Below, piece by piece: positions 62,044 through 64,000 of a stretch of 64,000 nucleotides of DNA (positions are counted from its first letter, which is position 1; each line of letters starts with the position of its first letter). Below the pieces are notes generated by a model, which ran no database searches, was not told the DNA's origin, and saw only the letters and a list, made by a program, of their open reading frames with translations. This DNA is from Rhizophagus irregularis (Eukaryota). Location: the NCBI RefSeq assembly GCF_026210795.1, contig NC_089435.1:3596001-3660000 (forward strand), given 5' to 3'. The translations under genes and the position numbers were made by a program.

Positions 62044-62393
62044 TTAATTAAGGAAAAATTTTATACATTGATACAAAAATTTTTATAAATATATTTTAAT
62101 ACGAATGATTCTAAACAAAGTCTTATCAAAAAATTTAGGTAAATAAAAGCAGAGATTGCAGTGTCAATGGAATTGTACTATTATGAATAACCTTTAAGAA
62201 AATAAAACGTGCAAATACTTACTAGCATGTGTCTATAACTAATTAGAAGGTACTAGATACTGTCCGGAATTTTAAAATTTTGCTCCAGTAGTCTTTATAT
62301 TTATTTTATAATTGATCTATAAAACTGAAAAAGAGAAAATTGTTAACCTATGTACACTCAGTTAAGCAAGCATCGAGCATTATCATCTAACGA

Positions 62394-62817
62394 CCAGAAG
62401 CCAACAATTAAGGATTAAAGGATAATATCCTCAGCATAGGGGTGTTCGGCGAAATTAATGATAAAAGGCATTCGAAAATAATGGTAAAAAACCCTATTTA
62501 ATGCTGTAGGCCTCACCAGACATTATCATGTTTGTGTATTGACCTCAAAGTACTACCCGTGTATCCTATAATCAAAGACAACCAGGCATAAACACAACCA
62601 GAAGCCAACAATTATTAGGATTAAAGCACGTGGAGATAATATCCTCAGCATAGGGGTGTTCGGCGAAATTAATGGTAAAAGGCGTTTCGAAAATAATGGT
62701 AAACCCTATTTCTCCTCACTAAACGCTGTAGGCCTCACTGGATACTATCATGTTTGTGTATTGACCTCAGAGATACTATCCATGTATCCTATAATTGAAG
62801 ACAACCAGACATGAACA
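62394..62817. repeat. Tandem duplication of a ~205-220-bp moderately GC-rich segment
   Basis: CCAGAAGCCAACAATTA..GATAATATCCTCAGCATAGGGGTGTTCGGCGAAATTAATG..GCTGTAGGCCTCAC..TATCATGTTTGTGTATTGACCTCA..GACAACCAG occurs at 62394 and 62598. Confidence 0.9.
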
Positions 62818-64000
62818 GATAAAAATAACACGCTCACTTGTGAATTTAAGACCTCAGTTTCTTGTTCCACTTGATTTTCTATTCGGGTGAAAGATCTAAT
62901 GAAATTTCATTACTTCTTTTTTTCACCAACTAATGACTACTAATGTTGGCTTGACCAGAAATGCTTAAGTACAAAGTGTACAAAAAGATTAGTGCACTCG
63001 TTAAGCAGGTAACCCTTACAGTCATCCAAAGTCTGACGATAAACATGAAATTACCTACCCTCTCTACCTGGAGATGATTTCGTAAGTTACTGTTACTGCG
63101 CCACACAAGAAAGCAAAGTAGTTGTTTATTCTTGACCGACTTTTGTTGTTCGTATGGGCCGTCCCGTCATCTTTTTTTTGTTAGAAGAGTTTAGAACTCG
63201 GAAACAACATTATTATTAGCTTTTTATTCATATTGGAGACATAGTGATAGGGTTTTAAGTTCATGTCTAAGTCTATAAACATATCATCATGTAAAAAACT
63301 TTGAAGCGTATTGTTAGGTATGTAACGCTTGAAAAATTTTTGATTTCGCAAAAATTTCTAATATATTTCTTTGTTGGTTTGTGTGTTTATTGGTAAGAAA
63401 ATTTTATTGGTAAGAAAAAAAATTTTTGTAAGAAAAAAAAAAAAGGAAATAAGGTCATTTTATATGTTTAATAGCAATAGTATATTTTGTTTACAATGAC
63501 TCATTACAGCACTACAGTTGATGTGATCAATCTATCTATATTTGTCAATAATTAATCATCGCGTCGACACGTCGCGTAACATTTTAAGAGTTTCATGTGC
63601 ACTCTCATATTAAATATATACAATTTATTTAAATTTAAATAGTTATCTTTTATACAGGACAATAGGACATGTAGACATAACTAAAAAAAAAAAATTTATA
63701 TTACGGTCACTTCTGTTGAACAAGTTAATTGTACTAATTACCGAAAATTTCTTCATTAAAAATCAATATCACGAAATGATCCAATTAGAATTCATCAAAT
63801 TGTCGATATCTTCAAAGGTATTATAACGATATTATACAAATCATCTGTTTTAAAACTGTAAATTTTATTTAGCTTTTCTAAGTCTGGTTCTATTTTCCAT
63901 CTGGTGACACAACTAGTGTCGGTAAGAAATTTCTCTGTCTGCCACTCTCTGCCCTGATGTCTCGCAGTATCTGAAGGACGTCTACTCCTAAAAAATACAG

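Overview
This is very AT-rich, intron-containing eukaryotic DNA. Its gene families (tyrosine-kinase-like kinases with HRDxHSGN/DLG motifs, F-box/LRR proteins, BTB, TRP-channel-like fragments) point to an arbuscular mycorrhizal fungus (Glomeromycotina, Rhizophagus-like); this is an inference from family content. Apparently intact genes are three intronless F-box/LRR paralogs, one spliced TKL kinase (37927-40222) and a small two-exon secreted-peptide gene (54021-54302) that the ORF track misses. Two tandem intron-containing tRNA-like genes have an atypical anticodon arm. The rest is a dense repeat and pseudogene landscape. It includes MITEs with readable TIRs/TSDs (hAT, Mutator, Tc1/mariner, PIF/Harbinger), a complete non-autonomous Helitron, a LINE 3' end, and two related ORF1-only LINE-like elements with a covarying 3' stem-loop. 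There are also three copies of an unclassified ~2.2-kb element carrying a GC-rich 55-bp array with ordered variable heptamers, several long hairpins closed by a C-GAA-G loop, and pseudogenes (kinases, BTB, KH+CCCH, RBM25/Snu71-like, TRP-like, Tc1 and MULE transposases). All calls were made by eye; no database searches were run, and boundaries of degenerate features are approximate.
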